Under the pieces are notes generated by a model, which saw nothing but the letters and a program-made list of their open reading frames with translations, searched no databases and was not told the origin of the DNA. From contig OZ244042.1 of the NCBI GenBank assembly GCA_965215015.1, positions 2,944,001 to 3,008,000 on the forward strand: DNA of 64,000 nt. The letters run 5' to 3'. This stretch comes from Candidatus Poribacteria bacterium. GTDB lineage: Bacteria; Poribacteria; WGA-4E; PCPOR2b. The translations under genes and the position numbers were made by a program. Positions 52,691 to 61,832 of this stretch are shown here, piece by piece. The first letter of the stretch is position 1. Each line of letters begins with the position of its first letter.

Positions 52691-53218
52691 TTACGCATCA
52701 AGTTTCGCGCCTATCGGCACTTCCACAAAGTCCGTATCAGCTTCGTTCCAAGCGAAGGTTTTTGTAGTTTTAACTTCAATATAAGCTGCATCACGCTGTT
52801 TTCGGATTGCCCATTCTTCTAAAGTGCCGTAGACGGAGACCACAATATAAGCTGCGCCGGGATACACCGGCTCGTCCCAAGCCATTGCATCCGCTCTATC
52901 CTTCGCCGAAAAATAGGCATCGTGATTTGGGTGTGAATGATAAAATGCCTTGATCGGTCGATTTTTGGTTTCAGCTTCTTTATGCACACGGATTAAGTCG
53001 TTAGGGTCTATCAGGTAAGCGGTGCGTGCATCGCGGGGATACGTATCCGGATCTTCGGCATGCCATTCATTTTGTATATTCCGGCACTCCCGGACGAATT
53101 CCCGGATCCCGTCGCTCAAAATGATACCACAGCACTCATCGGGAAATTCGACCTTTGCGTGCGCGTAGATTTGATCCAGAGTCTCGCTTTGTAATTCCAA
53201 GACTTCAGTTTCTTTCAT
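52691..53218 (-). CDS. JAB/MPN+ (M67, Mec-like) metallopeptidase
   Basis: PDECCG and intact JAMM motif YHSHPNHDAYFSAKD; start MKETEV overlaps the upstream gene end. Confidence 0.9.
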   Translation of the reverse strand: MKETEVLELQSETLDQIYAHAKVEFPDECCGIILSDGIREFVRECRNIQNEWHAEDPDTYPRDARTAYLIDPNDLIRVHKEAETKNRPIKAFYHSHPNHDAYFSAKDRADAMAWDEPVYPGAAYIVVSVYGTLEEWAIRKQRDAAYIEVKTTKTFAWNEADTDFVEVPIGAKLDA

Positions 53219-53501
53219 GATCTGACGAACCGCCTGCGATTGCAGGGATAACTGAGATTTCGTCGCCATCCTTAACTGCGGTTGCATTGCCATCTAAGAA
53301 GCGAATATCTTCGTCGTTGAGGTAAATATTAACAAAACGGCGAATATTACCGGATTCATCACAGATGCGTTCTTTGATCCCCGGATAATTTGCCTCAAGG
53401 TTTTCAATGAGGCTTTCAATAGTATCTCCCTCCGCTTCAACTTCCGGCTGATTTTGCGTGAGTCTTCTGAGAGGGGTTGGAATACGTACGGTAATAGCCA
53501 T
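53205..53501 (-). CDS. ThiS/MoaD/CysO-like ubiquitin-fold sulfur carrier
   Basis: VRIPTPLR, RRFVNIYLNDEDIR, IPAIAGG followed by the extension SSDHERN. Confidence 0.92.
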   Translation of the reverse strand: MAITVRIPTPLRRLTQNQPEVEAEGDTIESLIENLEANYPGIKERICDESGNIRRFVNIYLNDEDIRFLDGNATAVKDGDEISVIPAIAGGSSDHERN

Positions 53502-53618
53502 TGCAAAACTCCCTTCTTTTGGGGTTAAATAAAACGAAACCAAAATTTTTCGATCGTAATTGTGATAGTTTCTATATTTATGAGGTAAAACTTAGATGTT
53601 TTGTATTTTAGGTTCTAT

Positions 53619-53781
53619 TAGGATTTACGCATTTCAGTAAGGAACAACAATTGTTGTTTCCTACTGAGCCCTTATGGGGCCTGTACTGTAGTTGCCCGAT
53701 TCATCGGGCGTTGGCAACGGTATCCAGCGGCGACAAATCACCGAACTACAAGGCGTTGAGCGTTCAACTGCGTAACTCCTA
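53619..53781. mobile_element. MITE family A
   Basis: TAGGATTTACGCA / TGCGTAACTCCTA inverted ends; near-copy of 23735..23895. Confidence 0.75.
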
Positions 53782-53783
53782 TT

Positions 53784-54548
53784 CTATATTGCGTAGTGAA
53801 TCCCGCATTCTTTGTTATTATCCTTGTCCGACGATGGTGCGTTTTGCCATCGCCATCGGCCTGCCCTTTTCGGTTCACCGGGTAGGATTGGCGTCGTACA
53901 GATGACGCATCCGAGTGATTCATAGTATTGTCCGTACTTCTGGGATTCCATCAGCGGATTCACAGGCACCTTGTGTTCGTGAATGAATTTCCCAATTCGT
54001 GCTTCGGGCCAATCTGCCAACGGATTGACTTTCAGTATAGGACGGCCGTTGTGCTCGATGATTTCCGATTTGGGGGTGCTTTGCCGATTATTGGATTGGT
54101 CTTGTCGCAGTCCGGAAAACCAGACATCGAGTGTATCCAACAATCGTTGCATCGGCTGCACTTTCCTGATGTTGCAGCAATATTCCTGTTTCTGTTTACT
54201 GTCGAAGAACAGGAACTCGCCGTGATTGGCTACCATTCGATCGACTGCTTCCGACTCTGGCTTAATTCTTTCAATGTGAATGTTGTAATGTGCCTCGACG
54301 CGCTCAAAGAATTGATAAGTTTCGGGAAACAGACGTAGGGTGTCAATCGTACAGGCTCTAAATGGCAGCTTATTTTCGTAAGCCATCTGGAGCAGAATCA
54401 TTCCGGACAATTGTCCACTTGTAACAATCGCGGCTCGTTCCTTAAAACGTTTAATAAGGTTGAATAAGATTTCCTGCGGTTCTTCTAGTAAGCGAACCTC
54501 GTAGCAAAGCTCTTCATTTATCAGATTCTGATTTGTCAATTCATTCAA
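53784..54548 (-). CDS. cysH: APS/PAPS reductase (Fe-S type)
   Basis: IDTLRLFPETY, CCNIRKV, SGLRQDQ, SLGCVICT, RAGRWRW, KECGIH. Confidence 0.93.
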   Translation of the reverse strand: MNELTNQNLINEELCYEVRLLEEPQEILFNLIKRFKERAAIVTSGQLSGMILLQMAYENKLPFRACTIDTLRLFPETYQFFERVEAHYNIHIERIKPESEAVDRMVANHGEFLFFDSKQKQEYCCNIRKVQPMQRLLDTLDVWFSGLRQDQSNNRQSTPKSEIIEHNGRPILKVNPLADWPEARIGKFIHEHKVPVNPLMESQKYGQYYESLGCVICTTPILPGEPKRAGRWRWQNAPSSDKDNNKECGIHYAI

Positions 54549-54701
54549 GGGATACTCAATCCTTCCTGAGATCGAAAAATTTTCACCTAATGGTTCTTTA
54601 ATGGAGTAAAATTTTTTGGTCTTGCGTGAAACGTCATAAATGAGGAATAAGTGAACTGGTGAATTGAAGAACTCTTGAGCTTCCGAACTTATTTCCCCAT
54701 T

Positions 54702-55652
54702 TCACTCAAAACCGGCTTCCGAACCGATTTCTGATTCAAAATACTGGTCAAGACTAAAATAACGGTCCCCTGTATCCGGCAAAATGGTGACGACAGTTTT
54801 ATCTACCCCAAGCCCTCGAGCCACTTCCAATGCGGCATGGACATTCGCCCCTGAAGACATCCCAACGAGTAACCCCTCAGCTTTTGAAATTTGCCTCATC
54901 ATCCGATAAGCCTCTCCGTCGGACACAGTAACCACCTGATCGATAACATTAACATTCAACACCTCTGGAATTCTACCGGCTCCAATGCCATCAATACGGG
55001 TGGGCCCCGGCTGCCCACCGGACAAAACTGGAGAGATACTCGGCTCCACGGCGACCACTTGAGTTTTCAAACGATGGGTTTTGAGAACTTCTCCAACGCC
55101 TGTTAGGGTTCCTCCTGTCCCTACACCGGCGACAAAAAAATCAATCTCACGGTCTATGTCGTCGAGAATCTCACGCGCTGTCGTTTGCCGGTGAATTTCA
55201 GGATTCACAGGATTTTCAAACTGATTGGGCATAAAGCTGTGTGGATTCCGGGCGGTGATCTCCTCGGCTTCCCAGATTGCCCCACCCATTCCGGCATCTT
55301 CAGGTGTTAGTATAATTTCTGCACCAAAAGAGGCAAGTAGGGTATATTTTTCCCGGCTGACGTTCTCTGGCATGGTCAAAGTCACGCGGTATCCTTTTGC
55401 AATCGCGACAATCGAAAGCCCGATTCCTGTATTGCCAGCGGTTGGTTCAACAATTGTGCAGCCCGGCTTGAGCAATCCCCGTTCTTCGGCCTCAGCTATC
55501 ATGGCATAGCCGATCCGATCCTTGATGCTGCCGCCTGGGTTATATGACTCCAGTTTTGCAAAGACTGTTGCGTCATCTGGACCGGGTAGGTAGTTCAGGT
55601 GAACCAATGGGGTATTGCCAATGAGGCCGATGAGGTTTTCAGCAATCTTCAT
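54702..55652 (-). CDS. cysK: Cysteine synthase (PLP-dependent)
   Basis: IGNTPLV, KLESYNPGGSIKDR, GNTGIG, GVGTGGT, PDTGDRY. Confidence 0.9.
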   Translation of the reverse strand: MKIAENLIGLIGNTPLVHLNYLPGPDDATVFAKLESYNPGGSIKDRIGYAMIAEAEERGLLKPGCTIVEPTAGNTGIGLSIVAIAKGYRVTLTMPENVSREKYTLLASFGAEIILTPEDAGMGGAIWEAEEITARNPHSFMPNQFENPVNPEIHRQTTAREILDDIDREIDFFVAGVGTGGTLTGVGEVLKTHRLKTQVVAVEPSISPVLSGGQPGPTRIDGIGAGRIPEVLNVNVIDQVVTVSDGEAYRMMRQISKAEGLLVGMSSGANVHAALEVARGLGVDKTVVTILPDTGDRYFSLDQYFESEIGSEAGFE

Positions 55653-55986
55653 GTTTTTCTTCTTTTAGCGTTCAAAGAGAACAAGACGGAAAATTTGCCT
55701 CCATAACGTTAGGAGTTGGTAGTATTAGCTAATTTTAGACAACCCATAACTTTAGCACATTTTATCTTAGTGCGTCAAGTTTATTTCCATCTTCTTAGTG
55801 CTATTTAGTTTTCGGTTTTGGCTCATGCCCCGCTGTTCATCGTCGCACCTGCTATCCCTACCCGGTACACGAGGCATCTTACTCCGCTGTTTGTAAACGT
55901 GCGTTCATGGCGTCTGCTTATGCCAGTTGTCCAGGCCGTCTTTTATCCATGTCATCTGTCAAATGACCCTACCATCTTCTGCAATC

Positions 55987-57594
55987 TCAAAGATCCCTTT
56001 CGGATAATTTTCCTTCCTCTTTCGATTTTGCGGCGTAGGATTTGCGGATCCAACGCTCAAGTACCGCATCTGGATTATCCATCACCGCTTTAGTAAAGGT
56101 GAACACAGACCGTCCGGTATTTTGCTTAATAAGGTTAAGACCGTGTTGGTAGCTCTGCAGCAGTTCCTCACAGATCTCCTGTGGCATTCGTCCTTGGTTA
56201 ATTGCCATTTGGCCTAAGAGTTCTGTCGCTTCATCATCAAACTGGATTTGCATCTGATGTTCGCGCTGAAAGTCCTCTTCGTACCGGCGAACCCGCTCCC
56301 GCATCACAACTTGGCGGTTGTAGTCCGCATCTTGAAGAATCCGCTGCAGCTCACCCGCCGAATCCTCAACGACTTTCTCTGTCACAACGAATTCTTGGAT
56401 ACTAGAGGATGGCAGCTCGAACTTATACTCCCGCAGTGTTTTTTCACAGACCGTCATCAGCGCGCGCGCGCCTGTCTCTTGGACGTATGCCTGTTCAGCA
56501 ATTCGATGAAGCCCTGCATCCGAAAACAGCACCTCAATCCCATATGCTCCGAAAGCCCGTTCATACTGACGGACGATCGATCCCTCGGAGTGTTTCAGAA
56601 TATGATAGAGATCATCGGCGGAAAGATTTTGGCACACAACATGGACAGGTAGACGGCCGATTAATTCGGGTTCAAATCCGAACTCGATGAAATCCTGCGG
56701 CGTAACAAACTGAAAGGGAGCTTCCAACTCTGTTTGACTTTTTACCGTTGCATTAAAGCCAATGCTGCTCTGATTCATGCGTTTGTTGATAATCTCTTTC
56801 AAACCGTTGAATGCTCCACTGATAATAAATAGGATATGGCGCGTATTGATGATACGCTTTTCGACCATCCCTTTCTGCTGGAACTCCATCATAGCTTGCA
56901 TCTGAGAAGCCGCATCGTAACCGGCGCGGAGATCGACTTCTGTCTCCTCCATCAGTTTGAGGAGCCCAATCTGCACTCCCCGTCCACTGACATCGCGCCC
57001 AATGATGTTCGGTGGTGTCGCAATCTTGTCCACTTCGTCCAGATAAATAATACCGTATTGTGCAAGCTCAATGTCGTCGTCTGCTTGTGTCACTAGGTCT
57101 CGAATCATGTCATCAACGTTTGCACCAACGTAGCCGGTTTCGCTAAACCGGGTTGCATCCGCTTTGACAAATGGCACGCCGATCAACTTGGCGATGTGGC
57201 GAATCAGATAAGTTTTACCAACGCCTGTCGGTCCGAGCATGACGACATTTTGCTTTGAGTAATCGGTGTCAGCGACCTTTGAATTTTCGTGGACTTCGCG
57301 CACATGATTGTAGTGATCGCACACGGCAATTGCTAAGGCTTTCTTTGCGTTGTCCTGTTTGATGACATAACGGTCGAGATACTGCTTAACCTCCTTTGGT
57401 TTGAGGTCAAATTTCAGATCGAACGATTTTTGTTCAGGTGTGGCGTCTGTATCATCAGTTGTTGTTGTGTTTGGCTTCGCCTGCGACATTGTAAAGTTGA
57501 CAGTACCGCCGTATTTCTGTTTAACGAAATCCTCAAACTCTTTTTGAATTTCGTCAATGGTCGGTATTTTTTTATTCATTGTTTGGTTAGACAT
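55987..57594 (-). CDS. ClpX-like AAA+ ATPase lacking the N-terminal zinc-binding domain
   Basis: GPTGVGKT, ADATRFSETGYVG, YLDEVDKI, RDVSGRGVQ, IGF loop, PELIGRLP, TGARAL. Confidence 0.85.
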   Translation of the reverse strand: MSNQTMNKKIPTIDEIQKEFEDFVKQKYGGTVNFTMSQAKPNTTTTDDTDATPEQKSFDLKFDLKPKEVKQYLDRYVIKQDNAKKALAIAVCDHYNHVREVHENSKVADTDYSKQNVVMLGPTGVGKTYLIRHIAKLIGVPFVKADATRFSETGYVGANVDDMIRDLVTQADDDIELAQYGIIYLDEVDKIATPPNIIGRDVSGRGVQIGLLKLMEETEVDLRAGYDAASQMQAMMEFQQKGMVEKRIINTRHILFIISGAFNGLKEIINKRMNQSSIGFNATVKSQTELEAPFQFVTPQDFIEFGFEPELIGRLPVHVVCQNLSADDLYHILKHSEGSIVRQYERAFGAYGIEVLFSDAGLHRIAEQAYVQETGARALMTVCEKTLREYKFELPSSSIQEFVVTEKVVEDSAGELQRILQDADYNRQVVMRERVRRYEEDFQREHQMQIQFDDEATELLGQMAINQGRMPQEICEELLQSYQHGLNLIKQNTGRSVFTFTKAVMDNPDAVLERWIRKSYAAKSKEEGKLSERDL

Positions 57595-57711
57595 ATTTCG
57601 CCTCTATATCTGATTTTATTGTACGGACGTGACCGATTCACACTCGGGTGATGAATTCATCAAGTGAAATAACCTGTGGTGCTCCGATGCCACGCAGCCA
57701 ATTCGTCGACT

Positions 57712-59265
57712 TCATTGAACGTTGACGTAGAGAAATGGCGGCATCGTCAAAGCAACAACATCATCTTCGCCGGAAATCTCCTTCGCTACTCCTAGTGCGT
57801 CCTCTAAATTTTTCGCCCAATCTACGTCTAATCTCTTGGCGACGCGGGCATCTTTGGGACCGACCAAGATGACTTTGGACAGATATTTCAGCGCATAGGT
57901 CGCCCAATACCAGACGGTAAATGGATGAAATCCGTGATACGCAAACTTGTTGCGATAGCAGTCTATGAGATAAGGGTCGCAGGCGTATTGTTCTTGAAAT
58001 CGATTTTGCATTTCAAAGGGCTCGGTGGTTTCGGTGAGGACTTCATCGAAGAACCGCTTGTAGGGGACGTGATATTCTTCGTGAAAGATTTCAAAGGTTG
58101 GATTTAAGATAATTACGACACCACCCTCCTTAATCAACGGTTTGTTATAAAACCAGTTAAAAATGTACCCTAATATGTCGCTGACAACCAAAACAGGGTT
58201 AATCCGGGCACCGATAGCATAGGGGCTCATATCGGGCAATCCAAAGACCAAAGTGCTGAACTGTTTCGGAACGTTTATCATTAACTGATTTTTCATCGCT
58301 TTGAGGGTTTTGGAATGAACGGCATCAATGGCACCGGCGTTGATTTCAGTCGGTTCGTAATCAGCCCGGATACTTTTGAAGATTTTGTAACGTAAAATCT
58401 CCGGCAACAGGGACAATGCAGGTGGCGTCAACGTTTTTAACATTTTTTCAAAGCCGTTGCATTGAGCGTTTGGCTTACCCAGCTGTCGGAAACCTGTGGG
58501 GTAGATTTGGTTATTCATTGCGGCTTCGATGACCATGATTTGGCTATGCTTTTGAACAACTCGACTCATCCGCTCGATGCAATCGTGCATGTTTGACCCC
58601 CCAGGTTGCATGACATGTGGGCTCTCCGCAGTCATGTGCGGAGAGTGGTGTGGAGAAATTGAGTTATACGTCCCCATCCCGACAGCGACCGACTTGTGTC
58701 CACCGTTAAGGGGGATCTGGATGGTATCAACATAGATTACTATGTCGCTTTCCACAACCGCACGTTCAACCTCAACGATTTCGTCTTGCTCTGTCTTGCC
58801 TAAGTTGACGATATTATCACAATCTTCCGCATCAAAGTTTCTCAGTTGACCCGGATAAAACTCGCTCATAATCTTGCTGCCTAACATGTATGCCAACTCG
58901 TGTGTCTTCATTTTACGGTGTAGTCCGCCTGCACAGATTAGTTGTATGTTCTGCTTCTCGACCCCATAGGCGTAGAGCATCGGCAACAATGTTTCGAGAA
59001 TAATCTGGCGCATGTCAGGCTTCTTTGTCATCGGAAAAGGCTGACAGTTATTATCGAAAGCAATCACGACCTTACTATTTCCGTTGACTAGTTCCTTCAG
59101 TGGAGGCATCCCTAGCGGATTTTCCACAGTCTTTTTGAGGTGCTCTGGAATTTCGGCGCGTCTCACCCCAAGTTTTGCCGGTTGTGGATAGTAGATTTCC
59201 GAGTTATCGGGCAATTTTGCGTTAATCAGGTGATTGCCAGAATAGGTCAAATATTTCATGGGCAA
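57712..59265 (-). CDS. Lactate racemase (LarA/DUF2088)-like domain protein
   Basis: ENPLGMPPLKEL, GGLHRKM, NGGHKSV motifs. Confidence 0.7.
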   Translation of the reverse strand: MPMKYLTYSGNHLINAKLPDNSEIYYPQPAKLGVRRAEIPEHLKKTVENPLGMPPLKELVNGNSKVVIAFDNNCQPFPMTKKPDMRQIILETLLPMLYAYGVEKQNIQLICAGGLHRKMKTHELAYMLGSKIMSEFYPGQLRNFDAEDCDNIVNLGKTEQDEIVEVERAVVESDIVIYVDTIQIPLNGGHKSVAVGMGTYNSISPHHSPHMTAESPHVMQPGGSNMHDCIERMSRVVQKHSQIMVIEAAMNNQIYPTGFRQLGKPNAQCNGFEKMLKTLTPPALSLLPEILRYKIFKSIRADYEPTEINAGAIDAVHSKTLKAMKNQLMINVPKQFSTLVFGLPDMSPYAIGARINPVLVVSDILGYIFNWFYNKPLIKEGGVVIILNPTFEIFHEEYHVPYKRFFDEVLTETTEPFEMQNRFQEQYACDPYLIDCYRNKFAYHGFHPFTVWYWATYALKYLSKVILVGPKDARVAKRLDVDWAKNLEDALGVAKEISGEDDVVALTMPPFLYVNVQ

Positions 59266-59328
59266 TTTTCCTTTGTGTGCTGTGGTTATTTAATTTTTGA
59301 CGGATGTATATTTTTAATTAGTTTAGGG

Positions 59329-59396
59329 TTGACTTTAACAAAATTATATTGTATTATATCGTATGCAATAGAATTGTATCCGTTATACGACGTAAT
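59329..59396 (+). promoter_or_regulatory. Sigma70 promoter with an overlapping inverted repeat (candidate MarR operator)
   Basis: TTGACT-17bp-TATTAT; ATTATATCGTAT...ATACGACGTAAT imperfect palindrome. Confidence 0.55.
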
Positions 59397-59425
59397 TCTA
59401 ACAATCCGAAAGAGATCCAGAGAAA

Positions 59426-60292
59426 ATGTCCAAATACGCTGAAAATGCGATGCTGATTATGCGCGTGATGCGACACGCACAGGCTGCCGTGAAGTCGCGC
59501 TTTGTGCAGCAGGTTGTACCGAAGAAACTCACGATCGTGCAGTTTAACGCTTTACTGCACCTCCATTGGTATGGGGGTGAATCCGGTATGACCATCAGCG
59601 AACTTGGAGAACATCTCGGACTCGCTCATAGCACGGTCTCGGGCCTTGTAGACCGCCTTGAGCGCGATGAGTGGACGATTCGTCGTAAATGCGATACAGA
59701 TCGTCGGCAGAACCGTATACAGCTGACGGAAAAATCAGAGCAGCTTTTTCAGGACAGGGCAGAGAGCGCGACTGATTTCTGGCATCAGACGATTGGACAG
59801 TTGACTTCCGAAGAACAGGCGGAACTGATTACAAGTTTGACGCGCTTGAAACAGGTAATGGACAAACCGGTTTGGCCGAGCTATGCTCAGCTTCATCCTC
59901 GCGATCCTGGGCATGTGAAAAAACGTCTGGAAGCCGAATTGGACGAGTTAGCACATGCAAAGTTGACTTCAATTGGTACACGATTTATTTTGGCACAGAT
60001 AGCGGAACAACAAAATCAACACGAACTCGCTGCCTACCTTAAGCAGGTAGCTTCGGAGGAGATTCGCCATGCCAATCAAATCTTTGAGCTGCTTGGCCAT
60101 GAACAAAGCCTGAAAACAGCACTGTCCGATCTAATTCGTCAAGATCGGGTCGTGCTTGAAGAGGTACTAGATCTCATGGATACTGCACAGATTGCGGATC
60201 ACAAACAAAGTTTAGAACTGTTACAGCAAATCGTTCAAGATAATAAGAGATATAAACGTTGGTTTTCCAATATGTTCAAACAGATGGATTAA
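59426..60292 (+). CDS. MarR-family regulator fused to a ferritin/rubrerythrin-like helical domain
   Basis: LTIVQFNAL, TISELGEHLGLAHSTVSGLVDRLE, DRR..IQLT; C-terminal YLKQVASEEIRHANQIF. Confidence 0.85.
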   Translation: MSKYAENAMLIMRVMRHAQAAVKSRFVQQVVPKKLTIVQFNALLHLHWYGGESGMTISELGEHLGLAHSTVSGLVDRLERDEWTIRRKCDTDRRQNRIQLTEKSEQLFQDRAESATDFWHQTIGQLTSEEQAELITSLTRLKQVMDKPVWPSYAQLHPRDPGHVKKRLEAELDELAHAKLTSIGTRFILAQIAEQQNQHELAAYLKQVASEEIRHANQIFELLGHEQSLKTALSDLIRQDRVVLEEVLDLMDTAQIADHKQSLELLQQIVQDNKRYKRWFSNMFKQMD

Positions 60293-60437
60293 TCCGGCAC
60301 TTTATTATTTCTTTGGTCTATTAGCGGTAAAAACTTAGTTATCAATCAGGCGTTCATAATTGAGGGCTAAACACGCCGAATTTGTTACAATTCCTAAAGG
60401 GAAATGTGTGACTGCGGCGTTTTTTGTGAAAGGCAAA

Positions 60438-61052
60438 ATGCAAGAAGAAGATTGTCAAAAAACATTACCACAATATGCACAAGCGTTTCCCGATGACGCG
60501 CAGCTGATTGAGCAGTTTCAGCAGGGAGATAAATCGGCTTTCGATCAATTGGTGGTGCGCTATCATGACCGCACCCACCGACTCGCTCAACGTTTTGTCC
60601 CGAATTCCGAAGATGCTCTCGATATTACTCAGGATGCTTTTATCAGAGCCTATCAGGGACTCCCAGATTTCAAGAGAAAGTCCCAATTTTATAGCTGGCT
60701 TTACCGCATTACTGTCAATCTTTGCATCGATTTCTTGCGTAAGAACGCGCGACGCGAAACGATGAATTACCCACTGGAATCTGATAATCTGCCAATGATG
60801 AACATCGCAGACCACAACCTGAAACCACCAACACAAGCAGTTGAGGATAAAGAACTGTTAATCTATCTCCGGAGAGCTATCAGGCAACTGGCTCCCAAAC
60901 AACGTGAGATTTTCATCCTTCGCCACTGGGAGGGGCTTTCGCTCAAGGAGATTGCGAATACTTTGGGACGTTCAAGCGGCACTGTGAAAGCACATCTCTT
61001 CCATGCACACCGGAATTTAAGAAAGCTGCTTCGCCACTATCTTCAGGCGTGA
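60438..61052 (+). CDS. ECF RNA polymerase sigma factor
   Basis: AFDQLV, DITQDAF, FYSWLYRITVNLCID, EGLSLKEIA, GTVKAHL. Confidence 0.93.
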   Translation: MQEEDCQKTLPQYAQAFPDDAQLIEQFQQGDKSAFDQLVVRYHDRTHRLAQRFVPNSEDALDITQDAFIRAYQGLPDFKRKSQFYSWLYRITVNLCIDFLRKNARRETMNYPLESDNLPMMNIADHNLKPPTQAVEDKELLIYLRRAIRQLAPKQREIFILRHWEGLSLKEIANTLGRSSGTVKAHLFHAHRNLRKLLRHYLQA

Positions 61053-61201
61053 CTATTCAGTGGTGGATGAAACATCAAAATTAATCGGTAGGAGTCGCTT
61101 GTCACTCGCTGTCTACCAAATGCCAGTCGCGCTCTGACTTAATCCGTGCTCTGCATCAGACTCAAGCACTTTTCTGTCCGCTAGATTGCCTTACTTACCT
61201 C

Positions 61202-61320
61202 AGGGGTGCTCGTAAATAGGTCTTGATGCGTGTACGTCTCGACACCTCTCCATGCGTAGGAGGTGGGGGCCAACCTGTCGGGCTTCGTTTCCAAGCCCCT
61301 ACGATCGACCGAGGCACCCT
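61202..61320. ncRNA. Candidate structured ncRNA
   Basis: Closing stem AGGGGTGCTCG/CGAGGCACCCT enclosing the hairpins CACCTC/GAGGTG and GGGCTT/AAGCCC. Confidence 0.3.
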
Positions 61321-61832
61321 CGCTTGAATTCCGCTATAATGTGTCTCGAATTATGACCACCCCTCAATTACCTGCCTCCTCTTTAGCTATCCTGCCTCTG
61401 GGTGATAAATATCACTCTGTAAACATTTTCATTCCATTTTAAAAGCTTCTCAGCACTTTTAATACAGCCCTAACATAGCCAAAGTGTGTCTATGGATTGT
61501 ATTGGTTACGTTTGTATCCAGCAACCGTAATCACTTTATTTGCCAAATGTCAACAGAACCTAGCAACTTGTGTTAATAGCACTCCCCAAACACCCTCATT
61601 GCGTTGATTTATCGGGTGCCAGTTGAGCAATTTGAGGGCTGCTCAGAATGTATTAGATTTGGAATTTGTAGGGTTGAGGCAAGCATATCAGAAAGGCAAG
61701 CATGTGTCAAGGTGAAAGATCCGTTTTATCCTGTGAATCACTCGCATAGTTTTTTTTCAGTTGACCGCATTTTCAGAGTGATGTATCATATCCAAATCAC
61801 TTGATGTTGTTCATTTACAGGAGGCACCGAAA

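Noticed and set aside
52691-53501. CBASS/Bil-type ubiquitin-like antiphage system (JAB + Ubl)
   Set aside because: No E1/E2 or CD-NTase; the cysK/cysH/NIL context indicates sulfur metabolism
55818-56093. 91-aa ORF between cysK and the ClpX-like gene
   Set aside because: Overlaps the ClpX-like gene antisense; no RBS or motif
61202-61262. TPP riboswitch (GGGGTGCT ... GCGTAGG)
   Set aside because: The essential CTGAGA and AACCTGA elements are missing, and no thiamine gene follows
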